Part shown: positions 1 to 9,846 of the stretch, piece after piece
Layout: the number at the start of each line of letters is the position of its first letter
How positions within the stretch are numbered: position 1 is the stretch's first letter
Assembly (NCBI GenBank): GCA_016207025.1
Contig: JACQQM010000014.1
Coordinates: 2,815-66,814, forward strand
Source: Nitrospirota bacterium
Lineage (GTDB): Bacteria; Nitrospirota; Nitrospiria; Nitrospirales; Nitrospiraceae
Direction: 5' to 3'
DNA length: 64,000 nucleotides
Program-made: the position numbers and the translations under genes
Notes under the pieces: generated by a model
The model's input: the letters and a program-made list of their open reading frames with translations, nothing else
Told to the model about the DNA's origin: nothing
Databases searched by the model: none

Positions 1-2
1 TG

Positions 3-299
3 AGACCGAATGAGAAACTGGTCGGTTTCGGCGGCCTCGGGCAGCGCCCTGATCCCAAGACCGAGCGCGGCATTGTGACGGAGAACTTCTCCAGCCATGG
101 CGGCATTGTCGGCCAGGTTCTTCCTGGAGACATCAACAAAGCTCTAGGATTCACGAGCAATTTAGGGGAGGTCACTGGTACCGCGCCGTGCTGGCAGTGT
201 GATCCGCAGCCGGGCTGGGGAAACACGGCGGCAAACAAGAGCGACTGGGGCTCTTCCGACAAGCCGAACTACGAGAAAGGGCTTGGCCCTGCAAAATAA
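3..299 (+). CDS. 3' end of a CDS entering from the left edge; hypothetical protein
   Basis: The frame is open from nt 3 to TAA 297-299 (the track ORF starts at GTG 75). No motif recognised. An intrinsic-terminator hairpin follows at 363-396. Confidence 0.3.
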   Translation, partial: RPNEKLVGFGGLGQRPDPKTERGIVTENFSSHGGIVGQVLPGDINKALGFTSNLGEVTGTAPCWQCDPQPGWGNTAANKSDWGSSDKPNYEKGLGPAK

Positions 300-362
300 G
301 CCTGACAAGCCTGTCAGCTTAGTGCTCTTGTCCGACTAGAACTTGAAGTGAGGCTGGAATAC

Positions 363-396
363 GGTGGCGGCTTATTGTGCCGCCACCGCTGTTTTC
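363..396 (+). terminator. Rho-independent terminator candidate
   Basis: Perfect 9-bp GC stem GGTGGCGGC / GCCGCCACC with loop TTATTGT, followed by GCTGTTTTC. Confidence 0.6.
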
Positions 397-493
397 GGCG
401 GCATCCTGCCACTGCATTCGAATTCAACAAGCTGACTTGAGAGCGATCGTTTGCCCCTGTTAAGATTGAGGGGCAATCAATGGAGCCTCTCGT

Positions 494-763
494 ATGAAGA
501 CCAGTGTTGAAAAAGCCCCGTCCGAACTGCGGGCAGACGCGGAACTGGACCTGCGGGGTGTCATTTGCCCCTATAATTTCGTCAAGACGAAACTGAAACT
601 GGAGACCATGAGGGCCGGCCAGGTGCTTGCCGTGATCCTGGACGAAGGCGATCCCATCCGCAACGTTCCCCGCAGCGTCACTGACGACGGGCACCAGGTC
701 CTCAGTCAAGAGCCGGTCGCGCAGGCGTACCGAGTCATGATCCGGAAGCGCGCCGACGTGTAG
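494..763 (+). CDS. TusA/SirA-family sulfur-carrier-like protein
   Basis: 89 aa, the typical family size. It has the conserved Cys context LDLRGVICPYNFVKTK (cf. the CPxP motif). SD GGAG lies at 484-487. Confidence 0.7.
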   Translation: MKTSVEKAPSELRADAELDLRGVICPYNFVKTKLKLETMRAGQVLAVILDEGDPIRNVPRSVTDDGHQVLSQEPVAQAYRVMIRKRADV

Positions 764-1475
764 GGTTTTTCCGTCCTCCTGTTCTACCCTGCCGTCTCCT
801 TCCCTGGACTCCTTCAACCAGCAGCGTAATGTCGCCGCTCAAGGGCCTGACGGCAGTCGTCTTCAACACCTCGATAGGAATCCCACGGATGAACTCCTCG
901 CCCGGTTTCGTCAGTTCCCGCGCCAACACGATCTGACGATGACCCAACACGGCGTGCAGCTCTTTCAGCGTGGATGGCAATCGTCCAGGAGATTCAAACA
1001 GAACCAGAGTACGCGGCTCTGAGCGCACAGTCTCTAACAGCCGACGTCGTGAGTCTCCTGTTCGTGGAAGCATTCCGAGAAACACAAACGCGTCACACGG
1101 TAGCCCCGACGCCGGGAGCGCAGCCAGGACAGCGGAGGGTCCGGGGACCGGGACGACCCGGATGCCGGATGCCAGAGCCCGTCTGACAAGAAAATATCCG
1201 GGATCGGAAATCACCGGCGTCCCGGCATCGGAGACCAGCGCCACACTGTGCCCTTCCTGCAACCGCCTGATCAGCACCGGCGCTTTCTCCTCCTTATTCA
1301 GGGTGTGATAGCTCGTTAATGGAGTGTCGATGGCGTGGTGTTCAAATAGGGCTTTGGTCCGCTGCGTGTCTTCCGCCGCGACGACCGTGACTTCCTTCAG
1401 GATCCGCAGCGCCCGGAGCGTGATATCCTCCGCGTTCCCGATCGGGACACTCACGATGTAGAGGAGGCCGGCCAT
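735..1475 (-). CDS. rsmI: 16S rRNA (cytidine1402-2'-O)-methyltransferase RsmI
   Basis: The N-terminus LYIVSVPIGNAEDITLRALRIL and the motifs VSDAGTPVISDPG and ELTKPGEEF are typical of RsmI / tetrapyrrole-methylase-fold proteins. This is the only minus-strand gene. Its 3' end overlaps the TusA-like gene by 29 nt. Confidence 0.85.
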   Translation of the reverse strand: MAGLLYIVSVPIGNAEDITLRALRILKEVTVVAAEDTQRTKALFEHHAIDTPLTSYHTLNKEEKAPVLIRRLQEGHSVALVSDAGTPVISDPGYFLVRRALASGIRVVPVPGPSAVLAALPASGLPCDAFVFLGMLPRTGDSRRRLLETVRSEPRTLVLFESPGRLPSTLKELHAVLGHRQIVLARELTKPGEEFIRGIPIEVLKTTAVRPLSGDITLLVEGVQGRRRQGRTGGRKNPTRRRASGS

Positions 1476-1668
1476 GTGTCCTCAGGGACTCTGAATCAGA
1501 AGTTGAATGCCCTCACGCGAGCCTGGATCAGGCACGTGTCTCAGAATCTTTCCTCACGTTCCTGCACAGTCGCTCACTGTACTCCTGAAAAGGCTTCTCG
1601 TCGACCGCCTTGACCTCCCAGAGGACTGTGCTAAGATTCGGCGGCGAAGAGCCCGAGAAGGATGCTGA

Positions 1669-2226
1669 ATGGACGCGAAGCCCATCCTCGAAACGTACGA
1701 AGAGTGGAAGAGGGCGGACTACGCATTCTGTCCGAAATGTGGCGGTCCGTTGGGCCGGCGTTCCATCAAGGCGTCCGAGCCGGACAGGCTCGTGTGCCAG
1801 GGCTGCGGATTTGTCTTCTTTCTGGATCCGAAAGTGGCTGTGGGCACCATCATCTCGCTGGATGGCCGGATCCTGCTCCTGAAGCGAGCCATCGAACCCG
1901 CGTACGGCAAATGGGTGTTTCCGGGCGGGTTTGTCGACAGGGGAGAGCGGGTTGAAGAAGCCGCCATTCGCGAGACACGCGAAGAAAGCAACCTGGACGT
2001 TCGCCTGGTCCGGCTTCTGAATATCTATTCGTATTCCAACAATCCTGTCATCATCATTGTCTACGTGGGGGAGGCAGTCGGCGGGGACGCGTCGGCCGGC
2101 GACGAGACCCTCGAGGCGCGAACGTTCGAACCGGATGCGATTCCCTGGCACGATCTGGCCTTCCCTAGCACGGCCCAGGCGCTTCGGGATTTTCTCGCAA
2201 GGGGCGATCGAAGCTTCCGCCCTTAA
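1669..2226 (+). CDS. NUDIX hydrolase with N-terminal zinc ribbon
   Basis: CPKCGG...CQGCGF Cys4 ribbon, then the Nudix box GGFVDRGERVEEAAIRETREESNL. Confidence 0.85.
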   Translation: MDAKPILETYEEWKRADYAFCPKCGGPLGRRSIKASEPDRLVCQGCGFVFFLDPKVAVGTIISLDGRILLLKRAIEPAYGKWVFPGGFVDRGERVEEAAIRETREESNLDVRLVRLLNIYSYSNNPVIIIVYVGEAVGGDASAGDETLEARTFEPDAIPWHDLAFPSTAQALRDFLARGDRSFRP

Positions 2227-2254
2227 TTTGAACTGTTCCCCCCCGTAACTTTCC

Positions 2255-2284
2255 TTGACTGCTCTGTTATTCTGCAGCTATAAT
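2255..2284 (+). promoter_or_regulatory. sigma70-type promoter candidate for the heme operon
   Basis: TTGACT (2255-2260), 18-nt spacer, TATAAT (2279-2284). It sits in an AT-rich gap 55 nt upstream of the ccsA/hemX-like start. Confidence 0.6.
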
Positions 2285-2338
2285 TTTAAATTCCGCAAAG
2301 GATGTTTTTCCGCTGAAAAGTTGCGAGGATAGGAGAGG

Positions 2339-3142
2339 ATGCCGGTCATGTTCTTTATGACCACGATGGTACTGTACCTTGCTGGCACCGCTTTTTCCCT
2401 GGCCTATCTGCTGCGGCGGTCCGAAGCGCTCTCAAAGGTTTCGCTGGGCGTCACGGGAATTGGGTTCATCTCGCACACCCTCGCGTTGATTACCCGTGTG
2501 ATGGCGGCCGATCACGTGCCACTCGCCAGCTTCCACGAAGCACTGTCGTTCTTCTCATGGGCCTTGGTACTCGTGTTCCTGGGCGTGGAACTCCGGCATC
2601 GCATCCATGTTCTCGGATCCTTTATTCTCCCCCTTGCCTTAATCTCTCTTCTATCGGCCGCCGCGTTACCCAAGGAGGTCCCCACCTTGGAACCGGTGCT
2701 GAGAACCGTCTGGGTACACGTCACGTTGAGCATCTTGGGCACAGTCGGCTTTGCCGTGGCCTTCGTGGCCGGCATCATGTATCTGATCCAGGACGGTCTA
2801 CTGAAGTCGAAACGATTCAACATCTTGTACACCAAGTTGCCCCCCCTGGATTATCTGGACTATTTGAACCAGCAATCCATCGTGCTGGGATTTCCGCTTC
2901 TGACACTGGGAATCATCACGGGAGCGCTCTCCGCCGAGTTTGCGCGGGGATCTTATCTGAACTGGAATCCCGAGCAGACCTGGGCTCTGGTGACGTGGGT
3001 GTTTTACTTCGTGGTCCTGATGGGCCGCCTCACGGTCGGGTGGCGCGCCAAGAGGGCGGCCTATCTGACCATCATCGGGTTTGCCGGAGTCGTGCTGACG
3101 TTTATCGGAGTCGTCTTGAAAGGCCACGGACCGGTCGCCTAA
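2339..3142 (+). CDS. CcsA/ResC-family cytochrome c assembly-like membrane protein (HemX-like, upstream of hemA)
   Basis: 267 aa and polytopic. It has the W-rich motif YLNWNPEQTWALVTWVFY and occupies the classical hemX position directly before hemA. Confidence 0.75.
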   Translation: MPVMFFMTTMVLYLAGTAFSLAYLLRRSEALSKVSLGVTGIGFISHTLALITRVMAADHVPLASFHEALSFFSWALVLVFLGVELRHRIHVLGSFILPLALISLLSAAALPKEVPTLEPVLRTVWVHVTLSILGTVGFAVAFVAGIMYLIQDGLLKSKRFNILYTKLPPLDYLDYLNQQSIVLGFPLLTLGIITGALSAEFARGSYLNWNPEQTWALVTWVFYFVVLMGRLTVGWRAKRAAYLTIIGFAGVVLTFIGVVLKGHGPVA

Positions 3143-3161
3143 GCGCACGCCGTACCATGCG

Positions 3162-4571
3162 ATGAATATCATCGTCGTCGGTCTCAGTCACAAAACCGCC
3201 CCGGTCGAGGTGCGGGAGATGCTGGCCGTACCGGAGAGCCGGTTGGGCGAGGCTCTGAATCGGCTCTGCGCCTACCCCGGCATCAAAGAAGGCGTCCTGC
3301 TGTCCACCTGCAATCGGGTGGAGGTCTACGCGGTCGTGGACGAGATGGAGTCGGGCTATACCCGCGTGCAAGAGTTTCTGGCGGACACGCATCTCTCGCT
3401 GTCCTCCGAGCAACTCACCCCGCACCTCTATTGGCATGGAGGGGATCATGCCATCAGCCATCTGTTCCGCGTGGCGGCCAGCCTGGACTCGATGATCGTT
3501 GGCGAGCCGCAGATCCTCGGCCAACTGAAGGACGCGTTTGAAGTGGCCCTGGCCCACAAGGCCAGCGGCGTGATCCTGAACAAGCTGGTGAAGAAAGCCA
3601 TCTCGGTGGCCAAGCGGGTTCGGACCGAGACCAAGATCGCCGAAATGGCCGTCTCGGTGAGCTACGCGGCGGTCGAGTTGGCCAAAAAAATCTTTTCCAA
3701 TCTCAGCGAGAAGACCGTGCTGCTGGTCGGCGCAGGAGAAATGGCCAAGCTGGCGGCGCGGCATCTGATCAATAACGGCGTGCGGCACATCATGATCACC
3801 ACGCGCGACCCGCATGGGGCGCTGGAACTGTCAAGGCGGTTTAACGGCGTGCCGGTTCCGTTCGACGAGTTTCGTCGCGAAATGGCCGAGGCCGACATCG
3901 TGTTGTGCTCAACCGGTGCCGCGCACTATCTGATCCGGGCGGAGGACGTGCAGCGAGCGATTCGCCTTCGGATGAACCGTCCGATCTTCCTGATCGATAT
4001 GTCGGTGCCGCGCAATATTGATCCCACGGTTGGCACCATCGCCAACGCGTTCCGCTTCGACATCGACGACCTCGAGATGCGCGTGGAGCAGAACCGGGAA
4101 GAGCGGCTGCGGGAAGCCGCAAAAGCCGAACGCATGGTCGAGGAGGAGGTCGGCGTCGTCCGCCAGTGGTTAAAATCCTTGGAGGTCACGCCGACGATCG
4201 TGGCCCTGCGCAAGCGGGCTGAGGAGATCAAGCAGGCCGAACTCGAAAAAAGCTTGAGCCGGCTCGGGAATCTGTCCCCCCAGGAACGCGGCCTCATTGA
4301 AGGGATGGCTTCGGCCATCGTGAACAAGCTGTTGCACGGCTCCTTGGTGACGTTGAAGACGGAAGCCAATTCAGCAAGCGGCTCACTGTTCATTGAAGCG
4401 GCGAAGAGATTTTTCAACCTGGATGACGAGACGACCTCAGGGCGGACGGAGCAGCTACCGAACACCGGCGGTCAGAGTGACGCGCACCAGCCCGACCGCC
4501 CTGTGCCGGTGGCTGGGCGCTCTGGACCGGAACGCGCGTCGGCCCAGGATATGCCGGACGAAGAAACCTGA
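3162..4571 (+). CDS. hemA: Glutamyl-tRNA reductase
   Basis: MNIIVVGLSHKTAPVEVRE start, catalytic Cys context LLSTCNRVEVY, and NADPH-binding VLLVGAGEMA. Confidence 0.95.
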   Translation: MNIIVVGLSHKTAPVEVREMLAVPESRLGEALNRLCAYPGIKEGVLLSTCNRVEVYAVVDEMESGYTRVQEFLADTHLSLSSEQLTPHLYWHGGDHAISHLFRVAASLDSMIVGEPQILGQLKDAFEVALAHKASGVILNKLVKKAISVAKRVRTETKIAEMAVSVSYAAVELAKKIFSNLSEKTVLLVGAGEMAKLAARHLINNGVRHIMITTRDPHGALELSRRFNGVPVPFDEFRREMAEADIVLCSTGAAHYLIRAEDVQRAIRLRMNRPIFLIDMSVPRNIDPTVGTIANAFRFDIDDLEMRVEQNREERLREAAKAERMVEEEVGVVRQWLKSLEVTPTIVALRKRAEEIKQAELEKSLSRLGNLSPQERGLIEGMASAIVNKLLHGSLVTLKTEANSASGSLFIEAAKRFFNLDDETTSGRTEQLPNTGGQSDAHQPDRPVPVAGRSGPERASAQDMPDEET

Positions 4572-4586
4572 ACGCCTCACGGCTGG

Positions 4587-4940
4587 ATGCCCGGCCGATT
4601 CGCAGGGGAGCGGCGACCACGCATGACGAAGAGGCCCAAGCTCTTTACCTGTCCGAAGTGCCGGCATACCTATCTCGGCCACGACCCGCTGCCAGATTGC
4701 CCCCGGTGCGGGTACGACTACCGAGAGAAGGAGGGGTTCCGGTGGGATGTGCTCGTCTATCTACTGGTCATCATCAGTTTGATGAGTTTCCTTCTGGTGG
4801 CCTCGTACTACCGAGGGAATATGGGGGGCGTCCCGAGAACCTCGGCGGCACACCAAGACGAGGCGCAAGAGAAATTGCCGGGTTCGGACTCCCCTAAGAC
4901 GATGCCTTTTCAAAGTCCCTATCACGAGCCGGGACGATGA
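4587..4940 (+). CDS. Small zinc-ribbon membrane protein, function unknown
   Basis: CPKCRH..x13..CPRCGYDY followed by one TM helix (VLVYLLVIISLMSFLLVASYY). The stop overlaps the hemC start (ATGA at 4937-4940). The start is uncertain (ATG 4587 or 4623). Confidence 0.5.
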   Translation: MPGRFAGERRPRMTKRPKLFTCPKCRHTYLGHDPLPDCPRCGYDYREKEGFRWDVLVYLLVIISLMSFLLVASYYRGNMGGVPRTSAAHQDEAQEKLPGSDSPKTMPFQSPYHEPGR

Positions 4941-5896
4941 GGTCGGCGATGCCTGGAACACACGTGGGACGCTCGTCGCTGGTGGTCGGGACGCGCGGAA
5001 GCCGTTTGGCGGTCTGGCAGGCCGAATGGGTTCAGGCCCGGCTCCAAGAGATTGCCCCGGAGATCGCCGTGACGCTCCGGCGGATCAAGACTTCCGGCGA
5101 TAAAATATTGGATGTCCCCCTGGCCGCGATCGGCGGGAAAGGACTCTTCGTCAAAGAAATCGAAGAAGCCCTCATCGGAGGAGAGATTGACGTCGCGGTG
5201 CACAGCATGAAAGATGTGCCAACGGTCCTGCCTGAGGGGCTGGAAATTCTCTGCGTTCCGGCTCGCGAAGATCCCCGCGATGTGCTGATCAGCCGGAAAG
5301 CCCAGCCACTTGACCAGTTGCAGAAGGGAGCGCGGATCGGGACCAGCAGTCTGCGCCGGCAAGCCCAGCTCCTGCACTACAGGCCGGACCTGCACATCCA
5401 GATGCTGCGGGGAAATCTGGACACCCGGCTCAAAAAACTACAGGCCGGCGAGTACGACGCCATCGTCCTGGCCGCGGCCGGGCTACGGCGCATGGGGTGG
5501 ATCAACGAGGTCACGGAGTACTTGCCGACTGAGGTGAGCTTGCCGGCAATCGGGCAAGGCGCGTTGGGGCTGGAAGGTCGCCGGGATGATCAGTTTGCCC
5601 GTGATTTGGTCGGACGCCTGGACCATGGTCCCACACGGACGGCGGTCATGGCCGAACGGGCTTTGTTGCAACGGCTGGAAGGAGGATGCCAGGTACCGAT
5701 CGCGGCCCACGCGACCATCAAGGAATCAACCCTGATCATGGACGGGCTGATCGCGAGCGTGGACGGTCGCCGCCTGATCCGGGATACGATCCAAGGGCCG
5801 ACATTAGAGGCGCGCATCTTAGGCGTGCAGTTGGCCGAAAAGCTCTTGGCCCGGGGCGGGGATGCCATCCTCAACGAAATTTACGGAAAAGCGTGA
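4937..5896 (+). CDS. hemC: Hydroxymethylbilane synthase (porphobilinogen deaminase)
   Basis: VVGTRGSRLAVWQAEWV, KTSGDK, HSMKDVP and GNLDTRL motifs. Confidence 0.95.
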   Translation: MRSAMPGTHVGRSSLVVGTRGSRLAVWQAEWVQARLQEIAPEIAVTLRRIKTSGDKILDVPLAAIGGKGLFVKEIEEALIGGEIDVAVHSMKDVPTVLPEGLEILCVPAREDPRDVLISRKAQPLDQLQKGARIGTSSLRRQAQLLHYRPDLHIQMLRGNLDTRLKKLQAGEYDAIVLAAAGLRRMGWINEVTEYLPTEVSLPAIGQGALGLEGRRDDQFARDLVGRLDHGPTRTAVMAERALLQRLEGGCQVPIAAHATIKESTLIMDGLIASVDGRRLIRDTIQGPTLEARILGVQLAEKLLARGGDAILNEIYGKA

Positions 5897-7443
5897 ACGC
5901 CGTGGCGAGCAAGAGAGGAAAAGTTTATTTGGTCGGTGCAGGGCCGGGCGACCCCAAGCTGCTGACCCTCCGCGGCAAGGAGTGCCTGGGACAGGCCGAT
6001 GTCGTGCTGTACGACTATCTGGCCAACCCGGTTCTCCTGGACTATGTTCCTGCTCACGCCGAACGGATCTACGTCGGCCGACGAGGGCGGGGGACGTACC
6101 AGGATCAGCACGTAGTCAATCGTCTGATCATTGAGAAGGCCCGCGAAGGCAAAGTGGTGGTGCGACTGAAAGGGGGCGACCCATTCGTGTTCGGACGGGG
6201 CGGCGAGGAGGCCGAAGCGGTGGCTGGCGCCGGCCTGCCCTTTGAGGTGGTGCCGGGCGTCACGTCGGCCGTTGCAGTACCGGCCTATGCCGGCATTCCG
6301 GTGACCCACCGCACGCTGGCCTCGACCGTCGCGTTTGTCACCGGGCACGAGGATCCGGCCAAAGGAGGGGCGACGCTGGAATGGCCACGCCTGGCGACCG
6401 CGAACGGAACCTTGGTGTTCCTGATGGGCATGAAAAACCTGCCGGCCATCGTCGAACATCTCCTGGCCGAAGGCAAATCGGCCGACACCCCAGTGGCGTT
6501 GATTCGGTGGGGCACGCGCTCCAGCCAGCGGACGGTGGTGGGAACCTTGCGCGACATTGTGGAGAAGGCTGAACAGGCGGAACTGGAACCGCCGACGGTC
6601 ATCGTGGTCGGGGACGTCGTTCGCCTGAGAGAACAATTGAACTGGTTCGAAACCCGTCCGTTGTTCGGGAAACGCATTCTGGTGACGCGCGCGCGGGAGC
6701 AGGCCGGCGAACTGTCGCAATTACTCGCGGGATATGGGGGAGACCCCATTGAGTGCCCTACCATTCACGTCGTGGCTCCGGAGAGTTGGAAGGAACTGGA
6801 TGAGGCCATTGCCGACCTGCGCCGGTATCAATGGCTGGTGTTCACCAGCGTCAACGGCGTTCGCCCCTTCATGGAGCGGCTCCAGCGGCAGGGGCTGGAT
6901 GCACGAGCCCTGTCGGGCCTCCGGCTCTGCTGCATCGGCCCCCGAACCGCGGAGGAACTGGCCACACACGGTCTTCGGGCCGATCTGATCCCGTCAGAAT
7001 ACCAGGCGGAAGGGTTGATCGCCGCGATGACGGCGGCCGGCGTCGCCGGGCAGCGCGTGCTGGTTCCGCGCGCGGCGGTCGCGCGGGAGATTTTGCCGGA
7101 GCAACTCCGAGCCCTGGGCGCGGACGTGCGGGTGGTCCCCGCGTACCAGACGGTCCTCCCTTCGATCGATACCGAGCGGCTCAAGGAATTACTCCGGCGG
7201 AACGAGATCCACGTCCTCACGTTCACCAGTTCGTCGACGGTTCAAAACTTCAGCCGGCTGTTCGACAGCCGCGAAGAAATGCTCAAGTTGACGGGGAGCG
7301 TGGCCGTCGCCTGCATCGGGCCGATTACCGCGGGGACAGCGGCGGAGCAAGGATTGTCGGTCACCATCACGGCTTCGGAAAATACGATCCCGGCATTGGT
7401 GGAAGCGATCGTCCACTATTACGCAGGGCGCAGGCAGGCATGA
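5893..7443 (+). CDS. cobA-hemD: Uroporphyrinogen-III C-methyltransferase / uroporphyrinogen-III synthase fusion
   Basis: [20 protein letters not shown]... is the SUMT domain, and the C-terminal ~250 aa are HemD-like ([16 protein letters not shown]...). I place the start at GTG 5893, overlapping the hemC stop (GTGA). The track ORF's earlier start at 5686 would lie inside hemC. Confidence 0.9.
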   Translation: MNAVASKRGKVYLVGAGPGDPKLLTLRGKECLGQADVVLYDYLANPVLLDYVPAHAERIYVGRRGRGTYQDQHVVNRLIIEKAREGKVVVRLKGGDPFVFGRGGEEAEAVAGAGLPFEVVPGVTSAVAVPAYAGIPVTHRTLASTVAFVTGHEDPAKGGATLEWPRLATANGTLVFLMGMKNLPAIVEHLLAEGKSADTPVALIRWGTRSSQRTVVGTLRDIVEKAEQAELEPPTVIVVGDVVRLREQLNWFETRPLFGKRILVTRAREQAGELSQLLAGYGGDPIECPTIHVVAPESWKELDEAIADLRRYQWLVFTSVNGVRPFMERLQRQGLDARALSGLRLCCIGPRTAEELATHGLRADLIPSEYQAEGLIAAMTAAGVAGQRVLVPRAAVAREILPEQLRALGADVRVVPAYQTVLPSIDTERLKELLRRNEIHVLTFTSSSTVQNFSRLFDSREEMLKLTGSVAVACIGPITAGTAAEQGLSVTITASENTIPALVEAIVHYYAGRRQA

Positions 7444-7499
7444 AGAGGGGCAACGGAAGCAGTGTGCGTTTACTCTTATTCTGAACGGAGGAGACCAGC

Positions 7500-7892
7500 A
7501 TGGTTCCTGTGAAGTCATTCATGGTTCCAGTAGAAAAGTTTGTAACCGTGGACCGCGACACGAATGTCCGGAAAGCGGCCGAAATCATGCGCGATCGCAA
7601 TATCGGAAGCGTATTCATTACTCGCGGCAAGGACATCATCGGCATCGTGACCGACACCGACATGGTCAGGCGATCCGTCGCTGTGGGAGCGGACCCCGCG
7701 AAGACCCCTGTTGAGCAGATCATGTCGGCTCCGATCGTCACCATCGAGGAAAACAAAACCCTGCTCGACGCCAATGATCTGATGGCACGCGAGCACCTGC
7801 GACATCTGGGCGTCACACGGGATGGCAAGCTGATCGGGATGATTTCGGTGCGGGACTTGGTGGTCTTTCTCACCAATCTCCCGAGGAAGTGA
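7500..7892 (+). CDS. CBS-pair domain protein
   Basis: 130 aa with two CBS repeats (IMRDRNIGSVFI..., LMAREHLRHLGVTRDGKLIGMISVRDL). Confidence 0.8.
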   Translation: MVPVKSFMVPVEKFVTVDRDTNVRKAAEIMRDRNIGSVFITRGKDIIGIVTDTDMVRRSVAVGADPAKTPVEQIMSAPIVTIEENKTLLDANDLMAREHLRHLGVTRDGKLIGMISVRDLVVFLTNLPRK

Positions 7893-7895
7893 CGG

Positions 7896-8888
7896 TTGAA
7901 CAATATGGCCTTTCCGCGTCAGCGCATGCGGCGTCTTCGGGAGTCCGAAACCCTGCGACGGATGGTCAGGGAAACGAGGCTGTCGCCCGCCGATCTCGTC
8001 TATCCGATCTTCGTGACCGGCGGGCGGGACCGCCGACAGGAGATCAGTTCGATGCCGGGACAATACCGTTTGTCGGTGGATCTCCTGGTCAAGGAGGCGG
8101 GGGAGGTCAAGCTGCTCGGCATCCCGGCCGTGATCCTGTTTGGAATCCCGGACCGGAAAGACGAGCGCGGGACGGCGGCGTACGATCCGGACGGCGTTGT
8201 CCCGCGGGCTGTGCGAACCCTGAAAGATCAGGTGCCGGATCTGCTCGTGATCACGGATGTCTGCATCGACGAGTACACGACCCACGGTCACTGCGGGTTG
8301 GTGAAGGACGGCCGCGTCCTCAACGACGAAACCCTGGAATGCCTGCGGGCCATGGCGCTGATACACGCGCAGGCGGGCGCCGACATGCTGGCGCCGTCCG
8401 ATATGATGGATGGCCGGGTGGGAGCCATCCGCGACGAGCTGGACCGTCACGGATTCAGCGCTCTCCCCATCATGGCCTACGCGGCGAAGTTCGCATCGTG
8501 CTTCTATGCCCCGTTTCGCGACGCCGCGGACTCGAGCCCGAAGTTCGGCGATCGCCAGTCCTATCAGATGGATCCCGCGAACGCACGCGAGGCGCTGCGG
8601 GAGATTGACTTGGACATCGAGGAGGGGGCAGATATCGTCATGGTCAAACCGGCGTTGCCCTTCCTGGACGTGATCGCGGCGGCGCGTACCCGGACCACGC
8701 TCCCGATCGCGGCGTATCAAGTGAGCGGCGAGTACAGCATGATCAAGGCTGCGGCTCGCGCCGGCTGGTTGGATGAATCGCGGGCCATGATGGAATCCTT
8801 GCTCTCGATCAAGCGGGCAGGGGCGGATGTGATCCTGACGTACTTCGCCAATGAGGCGGCCAGGCTCTTGAACGAGTCACGCACATGA
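7896..8888 (+). CDS. hemB: Porphobilinogen synthase (delta-aminolevulinate dehydratase)
   Basis: RPRRLR-type N-terminus ([20 protein letters not shown]), plus [14 protein letters not shown] and the [11 protein letters not shown] / YQVSGEY motifs. Confidence 0.95.
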   Translation: MNNMAFPRQRMRRLRESETLRRMVRETRLSPADLVYPIFVTGGRDRRQEISSMPGQYRLSVDLLVKEAGEVKLLGIPAVILFGIPDRKDERGTAAYDPDGVVPRAVRTLKDQVPDLLVITDVCIDEYTTHGHCGLVKDGRVLNDETLECLRAMALIHAQAGADMLAPSDMMDGRVGAIRDELDRHGFSALPIMAYAAKFASCFYAPFRDAADSSPKFGDRQSYQMDPANAREALREIDLDIEEGADIVMVKPALPFLDVIAAARTRTTLPIAAYQVSGEYSMIKAAARAGWLDESRAMMESLLSIKRAGADVILTYFANEAARLLNESRT

Positions 8889-8898
8889 CGGTGCCCGC

Positions 8899-9846
8899 AT
8901 GAAGATCACGCGAGGTCTGGCCGACCACAAGCGGGCGCCTCACCCGGTGCTGACGATCGGCAACTTCGACGGACAGCACCGTGGCCACCTCGCGCTGCTG
9001 CGGGCTGTTGTCGAAACCGCGGCCGCACGGAGCGGCACGCCGATGGCCCTCACGTTCGACCCTCATCCGATCACGGTCCTTGCACCCAGCGTTGACCTCC
9101 GTCTCCTCACGTCGATGGAAGACAAGCTGGCGCGTTTCCAGGAGGCCGGGATTGAGGAGGTCCTGTTTCTGGGATTCAATACGCAGTTTGCCGCATTGGC
9201 TCCTGAAGAGTTCGTGTTTCAGATCCTGCGGGATGGCGTGGGCGTCAAGGATCTGTTTGTGGGCGAGCACTTCGCATTCGGAAAGGGCCGAGCGGGACGG
9301 ATGGCGGATCTTCTTCGGCTAGGGGCAGAAGCCGGGTTTCAGGTCCATCCGGTGCCGCCCGTGCGGGTGGACGGGGAGATCGTCAGCTCGACTCGAATCC
9401 GCCAGTTGGTGCAGGCCGGCGAGATGGGCCGAGCGGCCCGGTTCCTGGGACGTCCCTACGCCCTCAGCGGGCAGGTCGTGGGAGGGGAGCGGCGTGGACA
9501 TGCGCTGGGCTGGCCGACCGCAAATCTTCGCTTGCCGCCGAATCGAGTCATCCCGGCCGACGGCGTCTATGCGACCATGGCACTGTGGAAGACGCGCTCG
9601 TTCGACTCGGTCTCGTACATCGGCACGCGCCCGACATTCGGACCGGGTGAACGCCTGCTCGAAGTGTATCTCCTGGATACGCAACTCGATCTGTACGGCG
9701 AGGAACTTCGCGTGCACTTCGTCGAGCGGCTACGCGGGGACCTGGCATTTCACACCGCGGAAGAGCTCTCAGCCCGTATTGATCGCGACGTCACGCTCGC
9801 GCGCGAGATGCTCAGAGCCGCCTCCCAAACTGTGACGGATGCGTGA
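8899..9846 (+). CDS. ribF: Bifunctional riboflavin kinase / FMN adenylyltransferase
   Basis: LTIGNFDGQHRGH, ISSTRIR, and GHALGWPTANL kinase-domain motifs. Confidence 0.95.
   Translation: MKITRGLADHKRAPHPVLTIGNFDGQHRGHLALLRAVVETAAARSGTPMALTFDPHPITVLAPSVDLRLLTSMEDKLARFQEAGIEEVLFLGFNTQFAALAPEEFVFQILRDGVGVKDLFVGEHFAFGKGRAGRMADLLRLGAEAGFQVHPVPPVRVDGEIVSSTRIRQLVQAGEMGRAARFLGRPYALSGQVVGGERRGHALGWPTANLRLPPNRVIPADGVYATMALWKTRSFDSVSYIGTRPTFGPGERLLEVYLLDTQLDLYGEELRVHFVERLRGDLAFHTAEELSARIDRDVTLAREMLRAASQTVTDA

Noticed and set aside
5686-5892. Upstream extension of the cobA-hemD ORF
   Set aside because: It lies inside hemC in another frame. The SUMT homology starts right after GTG 5893, which overlaps the hemC stop.
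7515-8720. 401-aa ORF on the minus strand
   Set aside because: It is entirely antisense to the clearly recognisable CBS and hemB genes. Its composition is Arg/His/Asp/Gly-rich with no motifs. This is a typical shadow ORF in high-GC DNA.
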